Under the pieces are notes generated by a model, which saw only the letters and a list, made by a program, of their open reading frames with translations, was not told the origin of the DNA and ran no database searches. Positions 10,715 through 20,233 of a stretch of 64,000 bases of DNA are shown in pieces; position 1 is the stretch's first letter, and the number at the start of each line of letters is the position of its first letter. The stretch comes from Methanothermococcus sp. Ax23. Lineage in GTDB: Archaea; AGJL01; Methanococci; Methanococcales; Methanococcaceae. The DNA lies in NCBI RefSeq assembly GCF_049075655.1, contig NZ_CP157522.1, forward strand, positions 544,001 to 608,000, read 5' to 3'. A program made the translations under genes and the position numbers.

Positions 10715-12310
10715 ATGGATTTATTAAATAAAACTTCTTTAACGCTCAGATTAAAAAAGTATATGAGCGTAATTGCGTTTTCATCAATAATATTTTTATT
10801 GATATCAAGTGCCCATGCATTACAGGTTAATGAACCGCAGTATGAACCTTTAAAAATCCATCCCGGAGATGACGTGGATTTATGGTTTAAGATAACTAAT
10901 GATGATTACAATAAAGAAGTAAAAGATATAAAAATAACAATTACGCCACATTACCCATTTGAAATAAAGCAGGTAAATCCTACAAAAGGGGTTGCAACAT
11001 TATCTCACCTAAACTCTGGTGAAAGTGATACGACATATTTTAAACTCCATGTAAATGAGGATGCACCATCGAGGAATTATAGAATTGATGTAAAAGTATC
11101 GTATGATGAAGTTGAACATAAAAATGGAGAAGATATAATCACACACCATGAATGGACAAAAATATACTACCTTCCAATATATGGAACGGCAAATTTCGAG
11201 ATAAATACAAAAAATAATATCTCATTAACACCGGCAAAAACAAAAATTGTTCCTATCACTCTATACAACAAAGGAACGGGAACTGCAAAGCAGTGTACCC
11301 TTACAATAGGTGGAAATAATTACATATCGCCAATAGATACCACAAAATTCTATGTTGGGAGAGTTAAAGCAAATGACGGAAAAACTATAAATTTAAAATT
11401 ATATACAAACGAAAAAACACCAGAAGGCTCTTATTTAATTCCCGCCACAATATCATGGGTGAATGAAGACGGAGCTCAGAAGACTGAAAATATAAACATC
11501 GGTCTCTTAGTTCAAGGGGATGTTTTATTGGGAATATCCAATGTAATTACAACTCCAAAAGAGATTAAACCGGGAAATACCTATGTAAGAATAGATACCA
11601 CCATTACAAACAACGGACACGGTGAGGCAAAGGATATAAATGTCCATCTTAAAACTGAATATCCATTTAAAGATAGTTGGAGTAATGCAAACTATAAAGA
11701 TATTGGAACACTATCAGGCGGCGAAAGTAAGGATGTTTCCTTTACTATCGACATTGACAAAAACGCACCACCTAAGCATTATAAGATTCCAGTAGAAATA
11801 GAGTATTTGGATATTTTCAATAAAAAGCACAACATTACAAAAACAATCGACATATACATTAAACCAAAACCAATAATTGAGATTATTCCGGAAGAATATA
11901 CTGTAAAGGCAGGAACTGAAAATACTGTATTAATCCATGTCAAAAACACAGGAAATGAGAAAGCAGAAAATGTAAAGATAACTGCAATTAAAAACTCAGC
12001 TCAGCCCTTTGATTATCCAACAAAAAGCGATACCGTAGGGACTTTAAAACCTGGGGAAAATGGAACTGGGGCAATTGTTATCGATGTGGATAAAAATGCA
12101 GTTGCTAAGGATTACATTATTACAGTTGAAATAAGGGCAGTTGGGGATAGAGAGGAAGGGGATGACAATGTATATATCACCCAAAAATCCATAAAAGTTA
12201 AGGTTGAAAATAACTCCATAAGTTATTTACCTATTGAAATTGGATTGATAGTTATTCTTGTGGTTGTTGGATTATACTATTATAAGAGAAAAAATAAGAA
12301 TGAACAATAA
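10715..12310 (+). CDS. COG1361 S-layer-domain protein
   Basis: Signal peptide, repeated Ig-like N-x-G-x3-A-x-N/D-I/V units, C-terminal TM with basic tail. Confidence 0.8.
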   Translation: MDLLNKTSLTLRLKKYMSVIAFSSIIFLLISSAHALQVNEPQYEPLKIHPGDDVDLWFKITNDDYNKEVKDIKITITPHYPFEIKQVNPTKGVATLSHLNSGESDTTYFKLHVNEDAPSRNYRIDVKVSYDEVEHKNGEDIITHHEWTKIYYLPIYGTANFEINTKNNISLTPAKTKIVPITLYNKGTGTAKQCTLTIGGNNYISPIDTTKFYVGRVKANDGKTINLKLYTNEKTPEGSYLIPATISWVNEDGAQKTENINIGLLVQGDVLLGISNVITTPKEIKPGNTYVRIDTTITNNGHGEAKDINVHLKTEYPFKDSWSNANYKDIGTLSGGESKDVSFTIDIDKNAPPKHYKIPVEIEYLDIFNKKHNITKTIDIYIKPKPIIEIIPEEYTVKAGTENTVLIHVKNTGNEKAENVKITAIKNSAQPFDYPTKSDTVGTLKPGENGTGAIVIDVDKNAVAKDYIITVEIRAVGDREEGDDNVYITQKSIKVKVENNSISYLPIEIGLIVILVVVGLYYYKRKNKNEQ

Positions 12311-12459
12311 AAAGAATAAATGGCAAAAGGTAAAAAATAAAACTATCTTTTATTTTTTTTATTTTATTTTTCATAAAAACATAACTTTTTTAAACTCCTT
12401 TTAATTATTTCTATTAAATTTATAATTATTTTATTATTTATAATGATAATGGTGAAAGG

Positions 12460-13344
12460 ATGAATCCCTACGATATAATGAAGGCATCACAAATATCCTG
12501 CTGTTTAGAAGTTAGCAGTTTTAAACCTGGAAATGTTCATAGAAACAGAGAATACGATGATATAAAATACCACCATTTCCTGAGCTCAGGCATAGCATTT
12601 GGAAATATAATATACGAAGCATCTCAGGATAACAAGGATATTGGAAAATACATAAAGTTGGCAGTAATCGAGTCAAAAAAATGGTCTCCAACTAATGCAA
12701 ACTTAGGTATAATTATGTTGCATATGCCTATTGGTATGAGCTCAGGGAAAATCGATGAATTTGATGAAAATGAATTGAAAAAGGAAATAATATCCACAGC
12801 AAAAAACACCACTGTAAATGATGCAGTAAATGTTTATGAAGCTATTGAAATAGCAATGCCGAATATAACTCCCCCAAAAGAAGGTCCCGACGCTCAAAAA
12901 AATGATGCAAAACAGGAATTAATAGAAAAAAATTTAACGCTATACGATGTTTTTAAAATATCTTCCACATGGGATAGCATTTCAAAGGAATGGGCAGAAG
13001 GATTTAATATATCCTTTAAAGGATACAAACTATTAAATGAATATTATGAGGAATACAACAACATAAATTTGGCAACAACAAAAACATTTTTAAGTATTTT
13101 ATCAGAGCATCCAGATACCTTAATAGCAAGAAAAAAGGATTTGGATACTTCAAAAATGGTTTCAGAAATGGCAAAAGATATACTGGATAACGGCTTTAAA
13201 AAAGAAGATATTGAAGAGTTTGATAAATTCCTATCAAAAGAAGGAAATAAATTAAATCCCGGAACAACTGCGGATTTAGTGGCATCTTCATTGATGATAT
13301 TTTTATTGGATAGGATAGATAAAAAAGATACTGTGTTATGCTGA
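12460..13344 (+). CDS. Triphosphoribosyl-dephospho-CoA synthase (CitG-like)
   Basis: [29 protein letters not shown] and NPGTTADL motifs. Confidence 0.85.
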   Translation: MNPYDIMKASQISCCLEVSSFKPGNVHRNREYDDIKYHHFLSSGIAFGNIIYEASQDNKDIGKYIKLAVIESKKWSPTNANLGIIMLHMPIGMSSGKIDEFDENELKKEIISTAKNTTVNDAVNVYEAIEIAMPNITPPKEGPDAQKNDAKQELIEKNLTLYDVFKISSTWDSISKEWAEGFNISFKGYKLLNEYYEEYNNINLATTKTFLSILSEHPDTLIARKKDLDTSKMVSEMAKDILDNGFKKEDIEEFDKFLSKEGNKLNPGTTADLVASSLMIFLLDRIDKKDTVLC

Positions 13345-13665
13345 CCTACTCCAACGACTAAAGTCGTTGGGTTCTTTTAGTAGGGTCTAACCCTACATGG
13401 GTGGCCAAGCCCACTACCCCTATCTCCGTTTAGGAGATTCAGGGCTACGCTATACACTTCTAACCACTACCAGCGGTAGAGTTTTCGATAACCCTACCCA
13501 TAATTACTTGGACTGGTAGCGTTACTTACTATTAATCTTCTCATATTTATAGTTTACTACTTACTATCTGATATAATGTCCGCCTCTCATCCAATCTCGT
13601 AAGAGATTTTACAAAACTATGTTTTGTATAACGATTAAAATCGTTGGCTTTCTCGGCGGTTTATC
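13341..13665 (-). mobile_element. Non-autonomous IS200/IS605 mini-element (PATE) carrying a TnpB-type omegaRNA
   Basis: Minus strand: target TTAC, left-end guide AAAG plus hairpin; right-end guide GAAC, hairpin CCAACGACTTTAGTCGTTGG, terminal TCAG; no ORF. Confidence 0.85.
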
Positions 13666-13670
13666 GTAAA

Positions 13671-14000
13671 TTATTTCTCTATTTTTAGATTAAAATCTCC
13701 AAATATTCTTTTTATATTTGAAAAATGACGATCTTTTGTAATTAGTTGCATATTCCTATTTATACACATCGATGCTATTAAAATATCAATCGCAGGAATT
13801 GGTTTTCCAATTTTTAATAATTCATTTGAAAGTTTAATGCTTAATTTAAAATCATCATCAGTGGGATATAATACAATCATATCAAGCAATAATGCTTTTG
13901 GGAATTCTATTACATTAAAAATTGTAGTATAACCATTTAACTTTTCTTTGTTTTTATAGGCATCTATAAGTTTGTTTGTGTCGTATATGTTCTCTTCCAT
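13671..14000 (-). CDS. vapC: VapC PIN-domain toxin
   Basis: IYDTN, IEF, IPAIDILIA and ITKDRHF PIN acidic motifs; overlaps the upstream antitoxin. Confidence 0.85.
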   Translation of the reverse strand: MEENIYDTNKLIDAYKNKEKLNGYTTIFNVIEFPKALLLDMIVLYPTDDDFKLSIKLSNELLKIGKPIPAIDILIASMCINRNMQLITKDRHFSNIKRIFGDFNLKIEK

Positions 14001-14242
14001 TCTTTCTCCCTCATTTTCTCATAATGCCCCTCATACTTATCAATATCAATATTTTCGATATCTCTTTTGAAATCATCTCCAAGTTCTTTAAGCAAATCTT
14101 TTGTGGAGTATTCTGATTTACTTTCGATTTTATTTAAATACTCAATTATGGCTTTTCTTGCAACTTCACTCCATTTTATTTCTTTATGTTTTTTCATTTT
14201 TGAATATATCTCATCAGGTAGTGAAAGCGTTATATTTGACAT
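13964..14242 (-). CDS. RHH-type antitoxin (VapB-like)
   Basis: MSNITLSLPDE...WSEVARKAI ribbon-helix-helix pattern; directly upstream of the PIN gene. Confidence 0.8.
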   Translation of the reverse strand: MSNITLSLPDEIYSKMKKHKEIKWSEVARKAIIEYLNKIESKSEYSTKDLLKELGDDFKRDIENIDIDKYEGHYEKMREKEWKRTYTTQTNL

Positions 14243-14261
14243 ATTATCACCAATGTATAAT

Positions 14262-14297
14262 TATGTGGATGCACATATTTATGTGTTTCTTTATGTG
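14262..14297. promoter_or_regulatory. Probable toxin-antitoxin operator
   Basis: TATGTG-GATG-CACATA inverted repeat plus two further TATGTG copies over the vapBC promoter. Confidence 0.55.
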
Positions 14298-14394
14298 AGC
14301 TCATCAATATTTATTTTCACCATCATAGTAAATTATATATGCAATCCATTTTAATTATTTTTAAATTAATATGATTTAATATAACGGTGATTAA

Positions 14395-16122
14395 ATGAGC
14401 GAAGACAAGTATGAAAAAGTAATGGATTTGGCTAAAAGAAGAGGTTATTTATGGAGCTCCTTTGAAATATATGGTGGTATAGCAGGTTTTGTAGATTATG
14501 CACCACTTGGAACAATATTGAAAAACAATATAATTGACACATGGAGAAAGCACTATATTATAAACGAAGAATTTTACGAGATAGACAGCCCAACTATTAC
14601 ACCATACGAGGTTTTAAAAGCATCTGGGCATGTTGATAACTTCACAGACCCAATGGTAGAATGTAAAGAATGTTTGGAATCATTCAGAGCAGACCATATT
14701 ATTGAGGAAAATATCGACATAGACACTGAAGGAAAAACACTTGAAGAATTAAATGAGCTCATAAAAAAACACGACATAAGATGCCCAAAATGTGGTAGCG
14801 AATTTGGAGATGTTAAAAAATACAATTTGATGTTTTTGACTTCAATAGGTCCGGGAGGAAAGAGAACAGGATACATGAGACCAGAGACAGCTCAGGGAAT
14901 ATTCATACAGTTTAGAAGATTGGCAAGTTTTTTCAGAAACAAACTTCCTTTTGGAGTGGCACAAATTGGTAAATCATACAGAAACGAAATTTCCCCAAGA
15001 CAGGGGGTTATCAGATTAAGGGAATTTACACAGGCTGAGGCAGAATTTTTCGTTCATCCTAAAATAAAGAACCATAAGAGATTTAAAGATGTGGAAAATG
15101 ACATAATACCACTTCTTCCAGCAGATAGACAAATGGATGAAACACTGAGCTCAGAGGAAAAAGTAGTAAATATGACATTAAAGGATGCTGTGGAAAAAGG
15201 AATAATAAGGCATGAAACCATTGCATACTTTGTGGCGATTACAAAGAGATTTTTAATGGATATTGGTATCGATATAAACAGATTGAGATTTAGACAGCAC
15301 CTTCCAGATGAAATGGCACATTATGCAATTGATTGCTGGGATGCGGAAATTTACACAGATAGATTTGGATGGATTGAGTGCGTAGGTATTGCAGACAGGA
15401 CAGACTACGATTTAAAGGCACACATGAACCACAGCGGTGTAGATTTAAGGGTTTTTGTAGAATACGATGAACCAAAAGAAATTGAAACCTACGATATTGA
15501 ATTAAACTATAAGGTTGTTGGAAAGGTATTTAAAAAAGATATGAAGCTCGTTGAAAATACATTAAATAACATGGACGATAGTGAAATAGGAAAAATGGTA
15601 AAAGAGCTAAATGAAAATGGAAAATATATTTTAACAATCGAAGATAAGGAGTTTGAGATACTAAACGACTATTTAAAAATAAATAAAACTAAAAAGAAAA
15701 TCTCCGGAGAAAAAGTATTGCCACATGTAATTGAACCGTCCCATGGTATCGACAGAATTACATACTGCCTTTTAGAGCATGCCTACAATGAGGAAGAGGA
15801 TAGAACATATTTAAAGTTAAAACCAGAAGTAGCTCCTGTAAAAGTTGGAGTATTCCCATTAGTCAATAAACAGGGTATGCCAGAAATTGCCATGGAAATA
15901 AAGGATAAATTAAGAAAAAACGGAATAATTGCCGAATATGATGACAGCGGAGCAATTGGAAGAAGATATATGAGAATGGATGAAGTTGGAACTCCGTTCT
16001 GCATTACTGTTGATGGCCAGACATTGGAGGATGGAACCATTACAATAAGACACAGGGATACAAGAGAGCAAATTAGAATTAAAATTGATGAAGTTGTAGA
16101 TTACATCAAAAGAAATATTTAA
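14395..16122 (+). CDS. glyS: Glycine--tRNA ligase
   Basis: RPETAQG, YRNEISPR, IEPSHGIDR and anticodon domain GRRYMRMDEVGTP. Confidence 0.97.
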   Translation: MSEDKYEKVMDLAKRRGYLWSSFEIYGGIAGFVDYAPLGTILKNNIIDTWRKHYIINEEFYEIDSPTITPYEVLKASGHVDNFTDPMVECKECLESFRADHIIEENIDIDTEGKTLEELNELIKKHDIRCPKCGSEFGDVKKYNLMFLTSIGPGGKRTGYMRPETAQGIFIQFRRLASFFRNKLPFGVAQIGKSYRNEISPRQGVIRLREFTQAEAEFFVHPKIKNHKRFKDVENDIIPLLPADRQMDETLSSEEKVVNMTLKDAVEKGIIRHETIAYFVAITKRFLMDIGIDINRLRFRQHLPDEMAHYAIDCWDAEIYTDRFGWIECVGIADRTDYDLKAHMNHSGVDLRVFVEYDEPKEIETYDIELNYKVVGKVFKKDMKLVENTLNNMDDSEIGKMVKELNENGKYILTIEDKEFEILNDYLKINKTKKKISGEKVLPHVIEPSHGIDRITYCLLEHAYNEEEDRTYLKLKPEVAPVKVGVFPLVNKQGMPEIAMEIKDKLRKNGIIAEYDDSGAIGRRYMRMDEVGTPFCITVDGQTLEDGTITIRHRDTREQIRIKIDEVVDYIKRNI

Positions 16123-16142
16123 CATATTCCGCAAGAAATCAG

Positions 16143-16450
16143 ATAAAATCACTCCGTGATTTTATTACTGTCCTTCGCTACTCGACGAAATCCTATGGAT
16201 TTCGTGAGTTCGACAAAAACCAAAGGTTTTTGTGAATCGACAAATTTCTTTGAAATTTGTCTCGATCAGCAAATCTTTGATTTGCTTCGATCGCTCAGAC
16301 ATCCCCGTCCGTCATACAAATCCTTCGGATTCGGATGAAAATCTTACGATTTTCATTACTCAAACCTTCAGTTCGATTGTAAAATCACCTGCGCGGAGCG
16401 AAGGTGAGCTACAAATTCCGAAGGATTTGTTCAGTCTCCTCGCTATCACT
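16143..16450. repeat. Tandem array of ~8-10 short palindromic units (about 26-29 bp period in the core)
   Basis: ATAAAATCAC-TCC-GTGATTTTAT, ACGAAATCC-TAT-GGATTTCGT, ACAAAAACC-AAA-GGTTTTTGT, GACAAATTTC-TTT-GAAATTTGTC, AGCAAATC-TTT-GATTTGCT and others. Confidence 0.9.
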
Positions 16451-16547
16451 CGAAGATAAGAACAGGGCAATTCACCAATTAGCATAAAACCATGCAATAT
16501 AAAAAAAGTATTTTAAATAGCTTGTTACATTTAAACAACTTATCTAC

Positions 16548-17708
16548 TTAAATGAAACTTAATTTATTTTGATAATCTTCTAAATTTTTTAATGCTGAAT
16601 GGACGATACTGCTGGACTCATTATTTAATTTCATACCATATCTTGTAGATTTTGCCAAAACCTCCAGATGCATCTGTTCCAAGACCTCATTAATATCATA
16701 TCTATTCATTGAATATTCTAATGTTCTAAGGGTATTCAATATATTTTCTCTGATGATATACTCGGGCGTCTTTAATTTAGAGTTAAATTTGCATGCATCA
16801 ATAACTCCTGCGGCTATGGTGATGGCAAAATAATGTGTCATGATTGCAGTGGGTGACGATACATTAGATGATGCCATGTTACCCATATTTTCAGGCAAAT
16901 TATTCTTAATTTGTTCTAAAAATTTCCCAAAGTGTTGGGTATTTATTGGAACCTCCCCATATTCTTCAATTACATTCTTAAACGCCTTAATAGTATCCAA
17001 TATGGCCTCGTTAGATACTCCCCCAGGAAGTTTAAATCTTTCATTTAATTTGTATGCATCAATAATTCCTGCAATCATGATAGCAGTAAAATGACTGTTT
17101 ATATCTGCAACAGAGGATGAAACATCAGCAGGAACCACATAAGCTTTTTTATTGGCACTTTCCGCCAGTTCAACACATTTTTTTATCTGCTCATCAGTAG
17201 CATAATTTGTTCCATCTGTTGAAGTTCCGCTTATCACATAATGGCTATGCTGTGGAGTTCCAGGAACCGCAGCAGGATGCATTGAAGATATACCCACATC
17301 CTTTCTTTTTGTTCTGAGCTCTACTTCAAGTGCAGCATATAAAACAGCGGGGGATATTGTGCATGTATTTGCTATAATGGCATTTTCAGGGAGGTGGGGA
17401 ATTATATTTTTTGCTATTTCAATAGTTTTTTTTCCAAATGGTGTGAAAAATATGGCTATCTCCCCATGCCTTGCAGCTTCGATATCGTCTGAAACCACCT
17501 TAACCCCGGATTCTTCAACTTTTTTCCACATTTCCTCAGTTAGTATATTTTTGTTAGGTTCTGCAAGTACAACATCATGTCCTGCTTCTGCAAACTCCAT
17601 GGCAATTCTACTTCCGCCATAAGGTGCCTCCCCACCATAATTTTCAGGTAAATTTAATTGATTTACATACAGGTTTTGGTTTCCTGCACCATATACTGAA
17701 ATTTTCAT
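16548..17708 (-). CDS. Hmd paralog (HmdII/III-like) with divergent, duplicated C-terminal domain
   Basis: MKISVYGAGNQNLY, PYGG, FTPFG, NTCT and HPAAVPGTP motifs; ATG 17708 after GGTGG RBS. Confidence 0.85.
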   Translation of the reverse strand: MKISVYGAGNQNLYVNQLNLPENYGGEAPYGGSRIAMEFAEAGHDVVLAEPNKNILTEEMWKKVEESGVKVVSDDIEAARHGEIAIFFTPFGKKTIEIAKNIIPHLPENAIIANTCTISPAVLYAALEVELRTKRKDVGISSMHPAAVPGTPQHSHYVISGTSTDGTNYATDEQIKKCVELAESANKKAYVVPADVSSSVADINSHFTAIMIAGIIDAYKLNERFKLPGGVSNEAILDTIKAFKNVIEEYGEVPINTQHFGKFLEQIKNNLPENMGNMASSNVSSPTAIMTHYFAITIAAGVIDACKFNSKLKTPEYIIRENILNTLRTLEYSMNRYDINEVLEQMHLEVLAKSTRYGMKLNNESSSIVHSALKNLEDYQNKLSFI

Positions 17709-17727
17709 GCATCCACCCATTTTAATT

Positions 17728-18039
17728 TCAATATGCATGCTCAAGGTCGATGTTAAGGATGTCTTTAACTTCGTTGAGTTTTTCGAGAAGCGCATTTCCT
17801 TTATTAGTTAGGATAAACCTACCATCTCTATCTTTTTCAACAAAATCATGTCGTTCGAGAAAATCCATGTATCTCTTAAATACCTTCCAATCTAAGTTTG
17901 CATAATACATTATTCTTGTTTTTTTACATCCTCCCATATTGATAGCATTTAGAATGCCAAATATTATCTCCATTTTATCCCTTCTATTTCCATTTAAACC
18001 ATAAATTGGCATGGAATAAAACATTTGAACTCTTTTCAT
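17728..18039 (-). CDS. Winged helix-turn-helix protein (HTH_45-like)
   Basis: RRDKMEIIFGIL...KKTRIMYYANL...YMDFL...LTNKG pattern. Confidence 0.8.
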   Translation of the reverse strand: MKRVQMFYSMPIYGLNGNRRDKMEIIFGILNAINMGGCKKTRIMYYANLDWKVFKRYMDFLERHDFVEKDRDGRFILTNKGNALLEKLNEVKDILNIDLEHAY

Positions 18040-18283
18040 ATTTGCCCCTCCAATTACCACATGCTATGGATATAGTTTCCGACCTTTATTATGTATCTAT
18101 TTATGTAGGTATTAAGCCTATGTTATGTATACATGTTTATGCAGGTAATTAAAATAACATGAAAAAAAGACATGGTGGTATATCGCAGGTTTATAACCCT
18201 ACAAAATTAATTATATACTTTATGATATATATTCTTAACTATTAACCATTTTGGTTAAGTTTTTAAAAAAGGATAAATAAATA

Positions 18284-18487
18284 TTATTTGCTCATTTTTT
18301 TAATTAAAATGGCATTGGTTGGACATCTTCCAGCGCATAGTTTGCAGTTATGACAGTGTTTTGTATCATATACATAGTATTTTCCATTTTTATCGACTTT
18401 CCAAATTCGCGGTGCTTTTGCACAGACATCATAACATTTTCCGCATCCTATGCATTTTTCCCTATCTACGATTATTTCTACAACCAT
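18284..18487 (-). CDS. 2x[4Fe-4S] ferredoxin
   Basis: CIGCGKCYDVC and CHNCKLCAGRCP; divergent from the Lrp gene. Confidence 0.9.
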   Translation of the reverse strand: MVVEIIVDREKCIGCGKCYDVCAKAPRIWKVDKNGKYYVYDTKHCHNCKLCAGRCPTNAILIKKMSK

Positions 18488-18548
18488 TTTTTTACCTTTT
18501 ATTTTTTTAAGAATAACATATTAGTGATAAAATAAAAAATTATATATT

Positions 18549-18582
18549 ATACGATATATCAATACATATACGAAAATCGGAG
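18549..18582. promoter_or_regulatory. Ptr2-like binding sites
   Basis: TACGATATATC and TACGAAAATCGGA resemble the Ptr2 palindrome core ACGAnnnTCGT, between ferredoxin and the Lrp gene. Confidence 0.55.
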
Positions 18583-18589
18583 GGATAAT

Positions 18590-19012
18590 ATGGACACTAA
18601 AGATATGAAGATATTGAACATATTAATGAAAGATGGTAGGAAACCCTACACTGAGATTGCCAAAGAGCTGGGAACTAGTGAGAGCTCCATTAGAAAGCGA
18701 GTTAGAAAGATGGAAGATGAAGGCATTATCAAAGGATATAAGGTGGAAGTGGAACCCTCTAAAATTGGATATAATGTTGTCGCTTTAACAGGTTTTGACA
18801 CCAACCCCGAGGATTTTTTAACTGTTGCAAATAAGTTATGCGAATTTGACGAGGTTAAAAAGGTATGGACCTCAACAGGTGACCATATGATAATGACTGA
18901 AATCTGGGCAAGGGATGGTAGGGAACTATCCGAGATTTTATTTAACAAAGTCGGTAAAATCGAAGGTATAAAGAAAGTATGTCCCGCCATTATATTGGAA
19001 CAACTGAAATAA
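18590..19012 (+). CDS. ptr2: Lrp/AsnC-family regulator (Ptr2/LrpA-like)
   Basis: [27 protein letters not shown] and STGDHMIM; divergent ferredoxin arrangement as known for Ptr2. Confidence 0.8.
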   Translation: MDTKDMKILNILMKDGRKPYTEIAKELGTSESSIRKRVRKMEDEGIIKGYKVEVEPSKIGYNVVALTGFDTNPEDFLTVANKLCEFDEVKKVWTSTGDHMIMTEIWARDGRELSEILFNKVGKIEGIKKVCPAIILEQLK

Positions 19013-19021
19013 ATTAATAAA

Positions 19022-19465
19022 CTAAATTTCGGCCATTTTATCATGAACTTCAATTCTCTGTTCTTTAAACCATTTTCCATACCCTTTTACATCCATATTT
19101 TTAATATGCATAACTAACCATCCAATAATAAAGTTTAGTGCCTCTCTAAACTCTTTATCTTCGCCCTTCTCAATCTGTGGAGCTAAGGTATTTACAACAT
19201 GCCTTACAAAAAACCCGTGTATTTTTTTATGTTTTTCTAATTCTTCTTCTGGATAACCGTATCTCTCCATAACCTCTTCTTCATGTTTAAAGTGTTTATC
19301 AGCATAAGATACTACCTTTTCCATCAATAATTTTTTTGCTTCGTCTCTTTTACCACCCCTTAATAGATTATATATGTTATTTATTGTTTTAACAAGGAAT
19401 TTATGTTCCTCGTCAAAAGCAGCAATACCGGATTCTAAATCTTTTGACCATTTTATTATTTCCAT
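19022..19465 (-). CDS. Bacteriohemerythrin
   Basis: W..DLESGI..FDEEH, HFKHEE, HKKIH and WLVMHI..MD motifs. Confidence 0.9.
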   Translation of the reverse strand: MEIIKWSKDLESGIAAFDEEHKFLVKTINNIYNLLRGGKRDEAKKLLMEKVVSYADKHFKHEEEVMERYGYPEEELEKHKKIHGFFVRHVVNTLAPQIEKGEDKEFREALNFIIGWLVMHIKNMDVKGYGKWFKEQRIEVHDKMAEI

Positions 19466-19595
19466 AAAACCACTCCATAAATAGAACAAGCATTTACCAT
19501 ATCTCAAAATATATTCAATTATAAACATATGTAAATATATAAGTGCATAACATACTTATGTGCCCCACTTAAAAAAATAAACGACAAATGTATAA

Positions 19596-20024
19596 TTATT
19601 CAAAGTATCTTTCTAATATTCCTTTTAACATTTTTGCATGTCTTGCTTCATCTCTGCTTGATTCATCAAAGAAGTCATGTGCAGGGTCAATGTCCAATTC
19701 TTTTGCCTTTGTTGCAGCAGCTTTTTTCTCTTTGTTTGCCATGCATTCTCCTTTTAACATCATTTCAATGTTCTCTTTTAAGTTGTCTGAAATTACCCCG
19801 TTCATCTCAGCAAAGTGTGCTGCGTGTTCAGCTTCTTCAAATGCTATTCTTTTTAAAACTTCTGCAACTTCTGGGAGACCTTCTCTCTGAGCCTGTCTTG
19901 CCATTGCCAAATACATTCCAACTTCTGCACATTCTCCTTTAAAGTTTGCTTCAACTTCTTTTTCTAAGTCTGTTCCTTTTGTTGTTCCTATTTTGTGTTC
20001 GTTTATTAATTCTACATCTACCAT
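19596..20024 (-). CDS. Rubrerythrin-like ferritin-fold protein without rubredoxin domain
   Basis: GECAE, EEAEHA, GECMA and DEARH diiron motifs. Confidence 0.88.
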   Translation of the reverse strand: MVDVELINEHKIGTTKGTDLEKEVEANFKGECAEVGMYLAMARQAQREGLPEVAEVLKRIAFEEAEHAAHFAEMNGVISDNLKENIEMMLKGECMANKEKKAAATKAKELDIDPAHDFFDESSRDEARHAKMLKGILERYFE

Positions 20025-20233
20025 GTTATCACCTTTTTTATTTGTATATAATAATTATAATTTTTAATATATATTTTTAATCGTATGGATTTCATATATT
20101 TTTCAGCAATATGGTATGAAATTCGTATTTACATAAATTTAAGAAATTGATGTATAAAAGAGAAATTATTTAGAGAAGGCGAGAAGTTATTCCATCTGAG
20201 TGAAACGAGGAAGTTATAAATCCTGAAAGGGAT

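Noticed and set aside
13342-13344. Selenocysteine read-through with a SECIS after citG
   Set aside because: The TGA and the hairpin both belong to the IS200/IS605 right end.
16143-16450. CRISPR array
   Set aside because: No constant repeat with unique spacers and no cas genes; the units are variable palindromes.
16156-16459. ORFs 16156-16338 and 16232-16459
   Set aside because: They arise from the repeat array; no recognisable protein features.
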